DNA from: Trueperaceae bacterium
GTDB taxonomy: Bacteria > Deinococcota > Deinococci > Deinococcales > Trueperaceae
Direction: 5' to 3'
Length of the DNA: 32,781 nucleotides
Assembly (NCBI GenBank): GCA_035703635.1
Contig: DASSXV010000012.1
Coordinates: 1 to 32,781, forward strand
A model generated the notes under the pieces. It saw only the letters and a program-made list of their open reading frames with translations. It ran no database searches and was not told where the DNA came from. This document shows, piece after piece, positions 1 to 9,463 of the stretch (the first letter of the stretch is position 1; the number at the start of each line of letters is the position of its first letter). Both the position numbers and the translations under genes were made by a program.

Positions 1-42
1 CCCCGCGATGGTGGCTGCCACGCCGCTGACTACTTGATGACG

Positions 43-1092
43 CTACTGGATGGCAGCGTAGATGCTCGGGTCTACGGCCTCTTCCCAGGTGTAGGCCCTG
101 TTGATGAGGCCGACGTCGACGAGAAGCTTGACGGAGCGCTCGAAGGCCGCCTGGTCGAGGGCGCCGACGGCGGTGTCTGCCGTTGGCTTGACGAGCTTGG
201 CGACCTCTGCCATCTGCCAGGTCTGGTGGATGAGTGGGCTCTGGCGGCTGCCGGAGCCTGCGCAGGTGTCACCGCAGCTGGCGAGCACGATCTGGACGGC
301 CTCCTCCTGGTTGGCGATGGCGTACTCCCAACCGCGGATGGAGGCGCGCAGGAAGCGCTGCGCCACTTCGGCGCCGGAGAGGCCCGAGCCCTTGAAGTTC
401 GTGGTGGCTAGCGTGGCTGGCGTGGCGAAGATGCTGTCCTCGAGGAGGTCGGCGCCGATGTCGGCCGGGTTGAGGATGCTCAAGGTCGAGAGGTCGTAGC
501 CCAAGCCGACGATCTGGTCGAGCTCGTTGTAGGTCATGGCGCTGGCCACGTCCACCTCGTTGGGGAACACGAGCGACGGGTCGAAGGCGTAGACCACGGC
601 GTCGACGTCCGGGTTGGTCACGGTCGGGTCGAGGTTGGAGGTGAGGCCAGCGGCGGAGAACACGGCCTCGGCCGCGAACTCGTTACCGAACGCCCACACG
701 CCCACCTTGCGGCCGGCCATGTCAGCGATGGTCTCGATGCCGCTGCTCTTGAGAGCGACCAGGCGGTAACCGGAGGTCTGGTACATCTGCGCGATGTTCA
801 CGACGTTCAGGCCCTGGTCGCGTTGGGTGAGGATGTTCGCCACCCAGTCCGTGCCGAAGTCTGCGTTACCGGACGCCACCGCCACGGTCGGGTTGACGTT
901 ACCGCCGTCCAGCACGGTCACGACGAGACCTTCCTCGGCGTAGAAGCCCTTATCCTGCGCCACGAAGTAACCCGCGAACTGCGCCTGCGGGAACCACTTG
1001 GATTGGAAGTTGACGGGGATGAGGTTCTGCGCCATCCCGACTGGCACGGCGAGTAGGAGCAGGGCGAATAGGGCATACAGTGTGCGTTTCAT
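43..1092 (-). CDS. ABC transporter substrate-binding protein, NMT1/THI5-like family (probable pyrimidine/nucleobase uptake)
   Basis: Signal peptide MKRTLYALFALLLLAVPVGMA; KWFPQAQFAGYFVAQDKGFYAEEGL is typical of NMT1/THI5 binding proteins; GGAGG RBS upstream; last visible gene of the pyrimidine catabolism cluster. Confidence 0.9.
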   Translation of the reverse strand: MKRTLYALFALLLLAVPVGMAQNLIPVNFQSKWFPQAQFAGYFVAQDKGFYAEEGLVVTVLDGGNVNPTVAVASGNADFGTDWVANILTQRDQGLNVVNIAQMYQTSGYRLVALKSSGIETIADMAGRKVGVWAFGNEFAAEAVFSAAGLTSNLDPTVTNPDVDAVVYAFDPSLVFPNEVDVASAMTYNELDQIVGLGYDLSTLSILNPADIGADLLEDSIFATPATLATTNFKGSGLSGAEVAQRFLRASIRGWEYAIANQEEAVQIVLASCGDTCAGSGSRQSPLIHQTWQMAEVAKLVKPTADTAVGALDQAAFERSVKLLVDVGLINRAYTWEEAVDPSIYAAIQ

Positions 1093-1163
1093 GCGTTACC
1101 TCCGTTGGAGTTACAGCTGAGCTGCTAGTCGTACGCGGGGGCGAGCCTTCAAGGTTCACATAC

Positions 1164-2354
1164 TCATGACCCCCTCGACATCGGGTGCCAAGCGGTGAAC
1201 ATGCGCTCCAGGAAGATGATGACCGCGTACAAGGCCATCGAGATCAGGCTTGAGACCATGATAGCCGCGAACACGATGTCGAACGCGCCGCGGTGCGCAG
1301 AGAGGCTGATGCGCTGCCCTAAGCCTGTCGGCGGGCCGGGAATGAGGAACTCCGCGACGATCACGCTGACCACGCCGACCACCACGGCGACCTTGAGGGC
1401 GTTGAAGAGGTAAGGCAACGCGTTGGGCACGCGCAGGGAGAAGAAGACCTTGAGCGGCCTGGCGGCGTACGACCGCAGTAGCTCGAGCTTCAACGGGTCG
1501 ACGAGGGTGAGGCCCTGCACGGTGTTGAGAACCACGGGGAAGAACGTGACGATTACGACAACGGCCGCCTTCGACTCCCAGTCGACGCCCAGCGCGCGCC
1601 CCAAGACCGGCGCGAGGCCTACGATGGGCACCGCGCCGAAGGCGGTGGCGAGGGGCAGGAAGCCGCGTTGCAGGAAGCGGCTGAACGCGATGGCGCTGCC
1701 AACGAGGAAACCGCCAGTCAGCCCGACGGCGAAACCGAAGAGGACTTCCTTTACGAACGTGAGGTAGGCGTCCGCCAGCAGCACGCGCCACGACCCGAGG
1801 AAGGCGGCCCAGATGTGCGACACGCGCGGGAAGATGCCCTTTGGAACCCGCGAGCCGACCACGAGCCCCTCCCAGGCGAGCAGCACTAGGAACGCTACCG
1901 TCGCCGCTGGCACGCTGCGCTGCATGCGGTGCTGCCAGCGCGGCGCGTCACTCTCGAGTTCGATGACGCTTATGCGTCCGGCGGCGGTAGCTGCCGCGGC
2001 AAGCCCGCCTAGGAGCACGAGCCAGTAGCCCCAACCCGCGCTGCCAGCAAGCGAGCGCTGGGCGTAGATCGCACCGAACGCGGCCACCAGGGCGAGCGGG
2101 GTGGCGGCAGGCACGACCCAAGGGCTGCCCCACACGGTGGGAAGGACGGCCGCCCCGAGCAGGAGCAGGAGCGCCAAGCCGCTGGTCAGCGGGGCAGCGC
2201 CGCCGGCGACCAAGTACGCTTGGCCGCCCGTCTCGAACGGCCCAGCCAGTCCTGCGAGCGCGACCATGAGCAGCGCGAGGGTCGGCCAGTGCGGCCGCCA
2301 CTGCGTGCGGCGCGTAACTTCAGCGGCGCCGAGGGCGTCGACTTCCATGCCCAT
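1164..2354 (-). CDS. ABC transporter permease (SsuC/TauC-like) with extra N-terminal transmembrane region
   Basis: Hydrophobic ORF with BPD_transp_1 core (TFFPVVLNTVQGL...LRVPNALPYLFNALK). ATG at 2354 overlaps the upstream stop (TGATG); ATG at 2348 is an alternative start with better RBS spacing. Confidence 0.88.
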   Translation of the reverse strand: MGMEVDALGAAEVTRRTQWRPHWPTLALLMVALAGLAGPFETGGQAYLVAGGAAPLTSGLALLLLLGAAVLPTVWGSPWVVPAATPLALVAAFGAIYAQRSLAGSAGWGYWLVLLGGLAAAATAAGRISVIELESDAPRWQHRMQRSVPAATVAFLVLLAWEGLVVGSRVPKGIFPRVSHIWAAFLGSWRVLLADAYLTFVKEVLFGFAVGLTGGFLVGSAIAFSRFLQRGFLPLATAFGAVPIVGLAPVLGRALGVDWESKAAVVVIVTFFPVVLNTVQGLTLVDPLKLELLRSYAARPLKVFFSLRVPNALPYLFNALKVAVVVGVVSVIVAEFLIPGPPTGLGQRISLSAHRGAFDIVFAAIMVSSLISMALYAVIIFLERMFTAWHPMSRGS

Positions 2355-4282
2355 CACCTCCGCTCCCACGGCGCGATGAAGCGCTGCAGCAGGCCAACGA
2401 TGGACACGAGGCCGATCCCGAGGATGGCCGAGATGAAGAGCAGAATCCAGACGTCTGACACGTTGCCGGCCTGGACCTGCCCGACGATGGCGTATCCGAG
2501 GCCAAGGCGGTTGTTCGACTCCGTCTCGGCCACCAGGGCGCCAACGAGGGCGGCGGCGGCGCCAAGCTTGAGGCTGACGAAGAGGTAAGGCACGGCCGCC
2601 GGGAACCTCACCTTCCAGAAGAGCTGAACGGGCGAGGCGGCGTAGCTCTTCATGAGGTCGAGCGACAGGGGGTCGACCGAACGCAGCCCAGTCACGGTAC
2701 CGACCGTAACTGGGAAGAACGCGATGTAGGCGCCGATGAGCGCGGCGGGCACGAGGCTCGTCTGCACCGTCACCCCAACGTTACCGAGTAGCAGCAGCAG
2801 CACGGGCACGAGGGCGATGATCGGCACCGTCTGCGAAGCGATGACCCATGGGAGGAGCGCCTGCTCGAGCGGCCTGACGGCCACGAACAGGATGGCGAGC
2901 AGCACGCCGAAGATGCCGCCGAGCAGGAGCGCCGTGAGGGTGCCGCCCGCCGTATAGAGCGTTGCCCGCACCACGTTACGCGAGTCAGAGAGGGCGTACG
3001 CGCCGAAGAACGGCCCCAGCCGCTTGGCGATCCAGTTCGGGAACGGCATGGGGTGCTGCGGCATGCTCAAGAAGCACTCGAGTTCGGTGGCACCGCACGC
3101 GGGATGGTCGTAGTACGTGTAGGTCGGCGCCCACAGGCTGCTGCCCGCTGGCGGCGCGACGGCCAGCGTGATCGTTCCCGTCGTCGAGTCGCTGACCAAG
3201 TAGTCGGCGTACTGCCTGATGGCCGCGTTGCGCACGGGTGGGGTGGCGAAGGTGATGGTGTTGCCGGAGCGCGAGAAGCCGCTCCCCTCCTCCACCTCGG
3301 CGCCGTTGATCGTCACCACGCCGCGCTCGCCAGCGAAGGTGAAGGTCGCGCGCCCACCGTCGACGCGCTCTAGTGGCCGCTCGGCCGCGGCGGATAGCTC
3401 CGTGCCGTCAAGCATGATGCGGCGCTGCGCGTCGGATTCGACGAGCGGCGCATGCTGCAACTGGAACTTGCGGTTGACTCCGTCAACCTCACCGACCAGG
3501 AGCTCGGCGATGGCGAGGCTCGCTGCCGCCGCACGTGGGGCCGCGGAGCTGGCCACGGCCAACGCCACCGTGCCACTCGCCGCGTCGACGACGGCGTAAT
3601 CGCCGCTAACGCGCCGCACTACGGAGTTGAAGGGAGCGGGAGCGCTGAGCGTGACCAGGTGGTCGTCTGCCACGAACCCATCACCTTCGAGCAGGACGGT
3701 CTGACCGACGATCACGGGACCACCGGCGTCGTCAGGGAAGGAGAACACGGTCTGCACGCCGTCTGGCCGCTCAACGGCCTCCGTGGCGCCGGGCAGCAAC
3801 AACCGGCCCGCGAGGTATAGCGCCGCGCCGGGGTCAGTGCCTTCCGGAAGCACGTACACGTGGCCCGCGTCTAGCGGGCCAGTCAACTCAGCGCCCCAGG
3901 CGAACAGCGGGCCAGGGATGGCGCTTCGCAGGACCGCAACGCCGTCCTCCAGCCCGAAGCGTGCAGCTAGCGGTTGGCCGCCGTAGGTGAGCACGGCGCG
4001 CTCGCTACTCAAGTTCGCTGGCGCACCGCCGAACGCCAGGCTCGCACCCGCCGCCGCGCCAGCGGTCGGGTCGGCCGGCGCTTCCGCCAAGGCGTGCGGC
4101 GCCGTCGTCACCGTCACCCAGTTCGCGACGTTGTCCATGCGCAGCTTGGCGAGGGGCAGCCCTAACCACAGGGCGATCGGGTACATGAGCACGAACGCGA
4201 TCGCGAGGACCACGACAACGGGCAGCGCAGCCACCAACCTCCGCTTGAGCGGCACGAGCACGCGGGGCCGCGACGCCGCCAC
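2354..4282 (-). CDS. ABC transporter permease with a large duplicated beta-rich extracytoplasmic insertion
   Basis: C-terminal ~200 aa is a SsuC-type permease (SQTVPIIALVP, FFPVTVGTVTGL, VRFPAAVPYLF). One N-terminal TM helix is followed by ~350 aa of soluble Gly/Thr/Val-rich repeated sequence. Confidence 0.85.
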   Translation of the reverse strand: MAASRPRVLVPLKRRLVAALPVVVVLAIAFVLMYPIALWLGLPLAKLRMDNVANWVTVTTAPHALAEAPADPTAGAAAGASLAFGGAPANLSSERAVLTYGGQPLAARFGLEDGVAVLRSAIPGPLFAWGAELTGPLDAGHVYVLPEGTDPGAALYLAGRLLLPGATEAVERPDGVQTVFSFPDDAGGPVIVGQTVLLEGDGFVADDHLVTLSAPAPFNSVVRRVSGDYAVVDAASGTVALAVASSAAPRAAAASLAIAELLVGEVDGVNRKFQLQHAPLVESDAQRRIMLDGTELSAAAERPLERVDGGRATFTFAGERGVVTINGAEVEEGSGFSRSGNTITFATPPVRNAAIRQYADYLVSDSTTGTITLAVAPPAGSSLWAPTYTYYDHPACGATELECFLSMPQHPMPFPNWIAKRLGPFFGAYALSDSRNVVRATLYTAGGTLTALLLGGIFGVLLAILFVAVRPLEQALLPWVIASQTVPIIALVPVLLLLLGNVGVTVQTSLVPAALIGAYIAFFPVTVGTVTGLRSVDPLSLDLMKSYAASPVQLFWKVRFPAAVPYLFVSLKLGAAAALVGALVAETESNNRLGLGYAIVGQVQAGNVSDVWILLFISAILGIGLVSIVGLLQRFIAPWERR

Positions 4283-5116
4283 TCAGTACCCGACCTTGGC
4301 TAATGGACGCGTGCGTGGTGCGGACGCTGCTGGCCCCTCATCCTTGCCTACGCGCAGCGCCTCGCGCACCCGAGTCGTCAACTCGAAGAACCCTTCCGTC
4401 TCCCGCGTCTCGGAATCGCGTGGGTACGGCAGGTCGACCTCTATGACTTCCCGGATCTTGCCTGGCCGCGCCGTCATGACCACGATGTGAGACGAGAGGA
4501 ACACGGCCTCTGCGATGGAGTGAGTCACGAACACGACCGTCTTGCCCGTCTGGCGCCACAGGCGCAGGAGTTCGAAGTTCATGGTCTCGCGCGTGATCTC
4601 GTCGAGGGCGCCGAACGGTTCGTCCATGAGGAGGAGCTTCGGGTCGAACGCCAAGGCCCTGGCGATGGACACGCGCTGCTGCATGCCGCCGCTCAGTTGC
4701 CATGGGTACGAGCGGTGGAAGTTCTCGAGGCCGACCATCTGCAGCATCTCTTCCGCCCGCGTGCGCCGCTCCGCCTTCGAGTACCCCATGATCTCGAGCG
4801 GCAACATGACGTTGTTGATGACGTTGCGCCAGTCGTAGAGGGCTGGCGCCTGGAAGACGTAACCGTACTCGCGCGCCGCCCGCGCTTCCTTCGGGGTCTT
4901 GCCCGCCACCGTGATGCGGCCGCTCGTCGGCTCGATGAGGTCGGCGACGAGGCGCATGAGGGTGGTCTTGCCGCAGCCGGATGGACCGATGAGGCTGACG
5001 AACTGGCCTTCCGTTACCTGAAGGTTGGCGTCGTGCAACGCGATGGCGTCGGTCTTGCCGACACGGAAAAGCTTCGAGACTCCTTGAACGTCGATGATGA
5101 CGGGGGCATCAGACAC
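4283..5116 (-). CDS. ABC transporter ATP-binding protein (SsuB/TauB-like)
   Basis: Walker A GPSGCGKT, signature LSGGMQQR, Walker B LLMDEPF, H-loop FVTHS. Confidence 0.95.
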   Translation of the reverse strand: MSDAPVIIDVQGVSKLFRVGKTDAIALHDANLQVTEGQFVSLIGPSGCGKTTLMRLVADLIEPTSGRITVAGKTPKEARAAREYGYVFQAPALYDWRNVINNVMLPLEIMGYSKAERRTRAEEMLQMVGLENFHRSYPWQLSGGMQQRVSIARALAFDPKLLLMDEPFGALDEITRETMNFELLRLWRQTGKTVVFVTHSIAEAVFLSSHIVVMTARPGKIREVIEVDLPYPRDSETRETEGFFELTTRVREALRVGKDEGPAASAPRTRPLAKVGY

Positions 5117-5125
5117 TGAGGCCGC

Positions 5126-6505
5126 CTACTCTGCCCGCGTGCGCCTGAGGAGGCGGCCGCGGCCTGGGTCGCCAACGAACTTGCCGTCTCGCACGGCCAC
5201 TTGGCCGCGCACGGTGACGACGGACGGGCGCCCGTCGATCTCTACGCCCTCGAACCCTGAGTAATCGACGTTCATCGCCTGCGTGGTGGCGCTGATGCGA
5301 CCGCGGTAGTTGGGGTCGTAGACCACGAGGTCGGCGTCTGCGCCGACGGCGATGGTGCCCTTGCGTGGGTAAAGCCCGAAGAGTTGCGCCGCGCGCGTGC
5401 TGGCGGCGTTAACGAAGCGCTCTAGCGAGAGGTGGCCGCGGCTGACGCCGTACGTGTAGAGGAGGTTGACGCGGTCCTCGATGGTGGGAATGCCGTTCGG
5501 GATCTTGGTGAAGTCTTCCCTGCCGAGCTCTTTCTGGCCTGTGAAGTCGAACGGCGCGTGATCGGTAGCCACCGTGTCGATGAGCCCGGCGTTAAGCGCG
5601 TCCCACAGCGGCTTCTGGTTGCGCTTGTCGCGCAGCGGCGGCGACATCACGTACTTGGCGCCCTCGAAGTCCGGTCGTTCCGCGTAGCTCTTGTCAAGCA
5701 CCAAGTGCGGCACGACGCACTCGATGGCGAGCTGCACCCCGCGCTCCTTGGCGGCTAGGGCCGCCTCGAGCGCCGGCTCGCAACTCAGGTGCACGACGTA
5801 GCCGCGCGCGCCGGTTATCTCGAGGAAGGTCGCGAAGTGGTTGGTGCCGTCGGCCTCGACGCGTTCCGGCCGCGACGGCTCGTGCCACTCCGGCCCCGTC
5901 TTGCCCGCCGCCAGGAGCTGCGCCTGTAGTTGCGCGACGAGTTCGTCGTTCTCGCAGTGCGCCGCCACGATCACGCCTAGTTCCTTGGCGAGGGTGAGGG
6001 TACGGAAGAGCTCCTCGTCGTTGATGCCGAAGAAGCCCTTGTAAGAGAGGAAGACCTTGAAGGAGGTCATGCCGTCCGCGACGATCTCACGGAGTTGCGC
6101 TTCCGTCTTGGCGTCGAACTTCGAGACCCCGATGTGGAAGGTGTAGTCGCAGGCGCTATTGCCGGCAGCCAGCTCGTTCCAGTGGCGGTAGCCGGCCATG
6201 AGGTCTTCCTGCCGCGCGGGCGCGAGCATCTCGATGTAGGTCGTCGTGCCGCCAACGAGCGCGGCCTGGCTGCCGGTCGTGTGCGTGTCCTTGGTGACGG
6301 TGCCCATGAACGGCAAGTGGATGTGCACGTGCGGGTCGATGAAGCCGGGAAAGACATACTTGCCAGCTGCGTCGACGATCTCGGTGCCAGCGGGCACGTC
6401 CAGGTCGGTGCCAATGCGGGTGATGGTCTCGCCTTCGCAATATATGTCCGCACGCATGCGGGATGCTGCCGTGACTATCTCGCCGTTCTTGATGAGCAGG
6501 CTCAC
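5126..6505 (-). CDS. hydA: dihydropyrimidinase (D-hydantoinase)
   Basis: Amidohydrolase motifs PGFIDPHVH, TSFKVF (carbamylated Lys), AHCEN, YVVHLS, MSPPLR, ATDHAPF. Start moved to GTG 6505, which follows an AAAGGA RBS. Confidence 0.93.
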   Translation of the reverse strand: MSLLIKNGEIVTAASRMRADIYCEGETITRIGTDLDVPAGTEIVDAAGKYVFPGFIDPHVHIHLPFMGTVTKDTHTTGSQAALVGGTTTYIEMLAPARQEDLMAGYRHWNELAAGNSACDYTFHIGVSKFDAKTEAQLREIVADGMTSFKVFLSYKGFFGINDEELFRTLTLAKELGVIVAAHCENDELVAQLQAQLLAAGKTGPEWHEPSRPERVEADGTNHFATFLEITGARGYVVHLSCEPALEAALAAKERGVQLAIECVVPHLVLDKSYAERPDFEGAKYVMSPPLRDKRNQKPLWDALNAGLIDTVATDHAPFDFTGQKELGREDFTKIPNGIPTIEDRVNLLYTYGVSRGHLSLERFVNAASTRAAQLFGLYPRKGTIAVGADADLVVYDPNYRGRISATTQAMNVDYSGFEGVEIDGRPSVVTVRGQVAVRDGKFVGDPGRGRLLRRTRAE

Positions 6506-6565
6506 GTTCGTCCTTTCGCGCATTCGGCATCGGTGGCGGGACCTAGGTCCCGCCACACACGGCCG

Positions 6566-7921
6566 TTAATGGATCTCTATGCCGACTTCCTTGCGGTAGG
6601 CGATCATGGCGTCCCAATCGGTGGTCACCTCTGGGCGCGTGCGTGTCAACTCGTTCCACGTGACGCTTGGCCGCAGGGGCGGGCGCTCCTCCATGACGAT
6701 GCAGGCATCTACCGGGCACACGAGGCTGCAGAGGTCGCAGCCAACGCAGTCTTCCTCGCGCACTTTCGGCTGCAGGGTGGCGCTGCCAGTGTAGGTCTCT
6801 GGGTCGACGCGCAGGCCGTCTGCCGTGAAGTCGATGCACTGGTGCGCGCCCTCGTCGCAAGCGACGTAGCAGAGGTTGCACTGGATGCACTTCTCCTCGT
6901 CGATGACGGCTACTGAGCGGAACGAGAGATCGAAGTCGCCGAAGTTGCCTATCCTGCTTACGGAAGCGCCGACGACCTCGTTGATGGAGGCTGCGCCCTT
7001 CTCGTCTAGCCAGTTCGAGAGCCCGTCGCACAGCTCGTGGATGATGCGGAACCCGTAATGCATGACGGCCGTGCAGACCTGCAGGCTGGTGGCGCCGAGG
7101 AGGAGGAACTCTGCCGCGTCGCGCCACGTCTCGATGCCGCCCATGCCGGAGATGGGGATGCCGGCGCTCTGGTACTTGGGGTCGGCGGCGACTTGCGAGA
7201 GCAGGTGCAGCGCGATTGGCCGCGCGGCTGGCCCCGCGTAACCGCCGTGGCTGCCCTTGCCGCCTACGTTGGGGCGGAGCTCGAAGCTGTCGAGGTCGAC
7301 GCCAGCTATCGAGTTGATGGTGTTGATGAGGGAGATGCCGTTAGCGCGGGCGTTGATGGCCGCGTGCGCTGGCGGGACGATGTTCGTCACGTTCGGCGTC
7401 AGCTTGACGATGACCGGGATGCTGGCGGCCGCCGTCACCCAGTTCGTGATCATCTCGCAGTACTCAGGCACCTGCCCGACAGCGGCGCCCATGCCGCGCT
7501 CGCTCATGCCGTGCGGGCAGCCGTAGTTGAGTTCTATGCCGTCCGCGCCGGTGTCTTCTATCTGCTGCACGACCTGCTTCCAGGCGGCCTCGTTGCTAGA
7601 GACCATGGCGGACACGATGACGGCGCGGTCAGGCCACAGCTTCTTGACTTCGCGGATCTCGCGGAGGTTGACCTCGATGGGCCGGTCGGAGATGAGTTCC
7701 ACGTTGTTGATGGCCACGAGGCGGTTGCCAGCGTACTCGAAGGCGCCGTAGCGGTTGCAAACGTTGAGGACCGGGTCGCCGATGGTCTTCCATACGGCGC
7801 CGCCCCAGCCGTACTCGAACGCCTTGTTGATCTGGTAGGCGGAGTTGGTTGGCGGTGCCGACGCTAGCCAGAACGGGTTCGGGCTCTTGATGCCCGCGAA
7901 GTCGGTGGTTAGGTCAGCCAT
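6566..7921 (-). CDS. preA: NAD-dependent dihydropyrimidine dehydrogenase subunit PreA
   Basis: NPFWLASAPPT, ELNYGCPHGMSERGMGAAVGQ, KLTPN, and two C-terminal CxxCxxCxxxC ferredoxin motifs. Confidence 0.96.
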   Translation of the reverse strand: MADLTTDFAGIKSPNPFWLASAPPTNSAYQINKAFEYGWGGAVWKTIGDPVLNVCNRYGAFEYAGNRLVAINNVELISDRPIEVNLREIREVKKLWPDRAVIVSAMVSSNEAAWKQVVQQIEDTGADGIELNYGCPHGMSERGMGAAVGQVPEYCEMITNWVTAAASIPVIVKLTPNVTNIVPPAHAAINARANGISLINTINSIAGVDLDSFELRPNVGGKGSHGGYAGPAARPIALHLLSQVAADPKYQSAGIPISGMGGIETWRDAAEFLLLGATSLQVCTAVMHYGFRIIHELCDGLSNWLDEKGAASINEVVGASVSRIGNFGDFDLSFRSVAVIDEEKCIQCNLCYVACDEGAHQCIDFTADGLRVDPETYTGSATLQPKVREEDCVGCDLCSLVCPVDACIVMEERPPLRPSVTWNELTRTRPEVTTDWDAMIAYRKEVGIEIH

Positions 7922-9347
7922 GGATCCTCCCGAACTCGTTGACGGTGGTGTGGAGGAAGCGGCCGCGGGTCGTGCCCGGTGCAGGCGCTGGTTCGGCGAC
8001 GCCGAGTTGGTTGGCTATGGCGCGCGCAACGATCTTGCCGTCCTCGGCAGCAGTGACGGTGAGGGCGTGGCCGCTGGCGCGCACGCAGTCGCCCGCGCCG
8101 AACACCTTGGGGTTGCTCGTGCGCAGTTCAGGGTCCGTCGTCACGTAACCGCCTGTGTGTTCGACGCCGATGGCGTCGTAGAGCTGGATGAGCTTCTCCT
8201 GCCCGATGGCCTTGATGACCTGGTCGGCTGGGAGCACGAACTCGCTGCCAGGCACGGGTTCCGGCCGGCGGCGCCCGCCGGCGTCTGGCTCACCGAGGCG
8301 CATGCGCACGCAGCGCACTGCCGTCAGCTTGCCGCCCTCGCCGATGAACTCGACCGGTTGCGTGAGGAGTCGGATGTCAACGCCCTCGCTGCGCACGAAG
8401 TCGACCTCGAAGTCGTAGGCGGTCATCTCGTCGCGCCCGCGGCGGTACAGCATGGTCACGCGTTCTGCGCCGAGTCGCTTGGCGATGGTGGCGGCGTCGA
8501 TGGCCGTGTTGCCGGCTCCGACGACGATGACCTCGTTGCCAACGGGGATCCTGGCTAGGTCGGTTAGGTCGTCCTTGTCCGCCATCTTGGTGGCGGCGAT
8601 GAACGGCAGCGCCTCGACGACGCCCCCTAGGTCCTCCCCCGGGATGCCAAGGTCCGGCACGCGGCCAGTACCTGCGGCTAGCACCACGGCGTCGTAATCG
8701 TTGAGGAGCTGAGCTGGCGTGATGTCGCGCCCGACCTCGACGCCCGTATGCACTTCGACGCCGAGACGCTTGACGAACTCGACCTCTTCAAGCGCGACCC
8801 GCGTCGGTTCGCGGAACACCACGATCCCGTAGGTCGAGAGCCCGCCCGCGAGGTCCTGGCGCTCGAACACGGTCGCCTTCACGCCGCGCTTGGCAAGTTC
8901 GCCGGCTGCGCTGAGCCCAGCCGGACCCGCGCCGATGACGGCCACGCTCTTGCCAGTGGCGGGCGCCGGTTCGAAGACGGGCAGGTCGTTGTCGAACACG
9001 TGATCCGTGGCGTAACGCTGCAGGCGCCCGATGGCGATCGGCCGATGCTCCTTGCCGAGCACGCAGGCGCCGACGCACAACTCGTCTACCGGGCAGACCC
9101 GACCGCACGAGTGACCCATGAGGTTCGACTCGAGGATGGTCGTGGCGGCGCCGAGCAGGTTGTCGTTGGCGATCTGGCGGATGAACGTTGGCACGTCGAT
9201 GCTAGTCGGGCACGCCTTGATGCAGGGTGCGTCGAAGCAGTAAAGGCAGCGATCGGCCTCCACCGTAGCTTCGTTCTTCGTGTAGCGCGGATAGGTCTCG
9301 GAGAAAGAGTCCTGCAGCTGCGCCAGTGACAACTCGTGTTGCTCCAT
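7914..9347 (-). CDS. preT: dihydropyrimidine dehydrogenase subunit PreT (GltD-like FAD/Fe-S oxidoreductase)
   Basis: RCLYCFDAPCIKACPT, CGRVCP, GAGPAG and GAGNTAID dinucleotide-binding motifs; overlaps preA by 8 nt; GGAGGAG RBS. Confidence 0.93.
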   Translation of the reverse strand: MEQHELSLAQLQDSFSETYPRYTKNEATVEADRCLYCFDAPCIKACPTSIDVPTFIRQIANDNLLGAATTILESNLMGHSCGRVCPVDELCVGACVLGKEHRPIAIGRLQRYATDHVFDNDLPVFEPAPATGKSVAVIGAGPAGLSAAGELAKRGVKATVFERQDLAGGLSTYGIVVFREPTRVALEEVEFVKRLGVEVHTGVEVGRDITPAQLLNDYDAVVLAAGTGRVPDLGIPGEDLGGVVEALPFIAATKMADKDDLTDLARIPVGNEVIVVGAGNTAIDAATIAKRLGAERVTMLYRRGRDEMTAYDFEVDFVRSEGVDIRLLTQPVEFIGEGGKLTAVRCVRMRLGEPDAGGRRRPEPVPGSEFVLPADQVIKAIGQEKLIQLYDAIGVEHTGGYVTTDPELRTSNPKVFGAGDCVRASGHALTVTAAEDGKIVARAIANQLGVAEPAPAPGTTRGRFLHTTVNEFGRIHG

Positions 9348-9418
9348 GCTCCTCCTGGGACTCCGCTACTGCGTAGGGGGTTCGCGGGGTGCTGATGGGG
9401 CCGACTATGAGATAACTA

Positions 9419-9455
9419 GCGCTCGCGGCCGCCTCCCTACGGCGACCGCGAGCGC
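9419..9455 (-). terminator. GC-rich stem-loop just after mmsA (terminator or mRNA-stabilising hairpin)
   Basis: Minus strand reads GCGCTCGCGG-T-CGCC-(7-nt loop)-GGCG-G-CCGCGAGCGC followed by TAGTTAT. The internal U-G pair forms only on the minus strand. The U-tract is weak. Confidence 0.55.
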
Positions 9456-9463
9456 GGCCTGGC

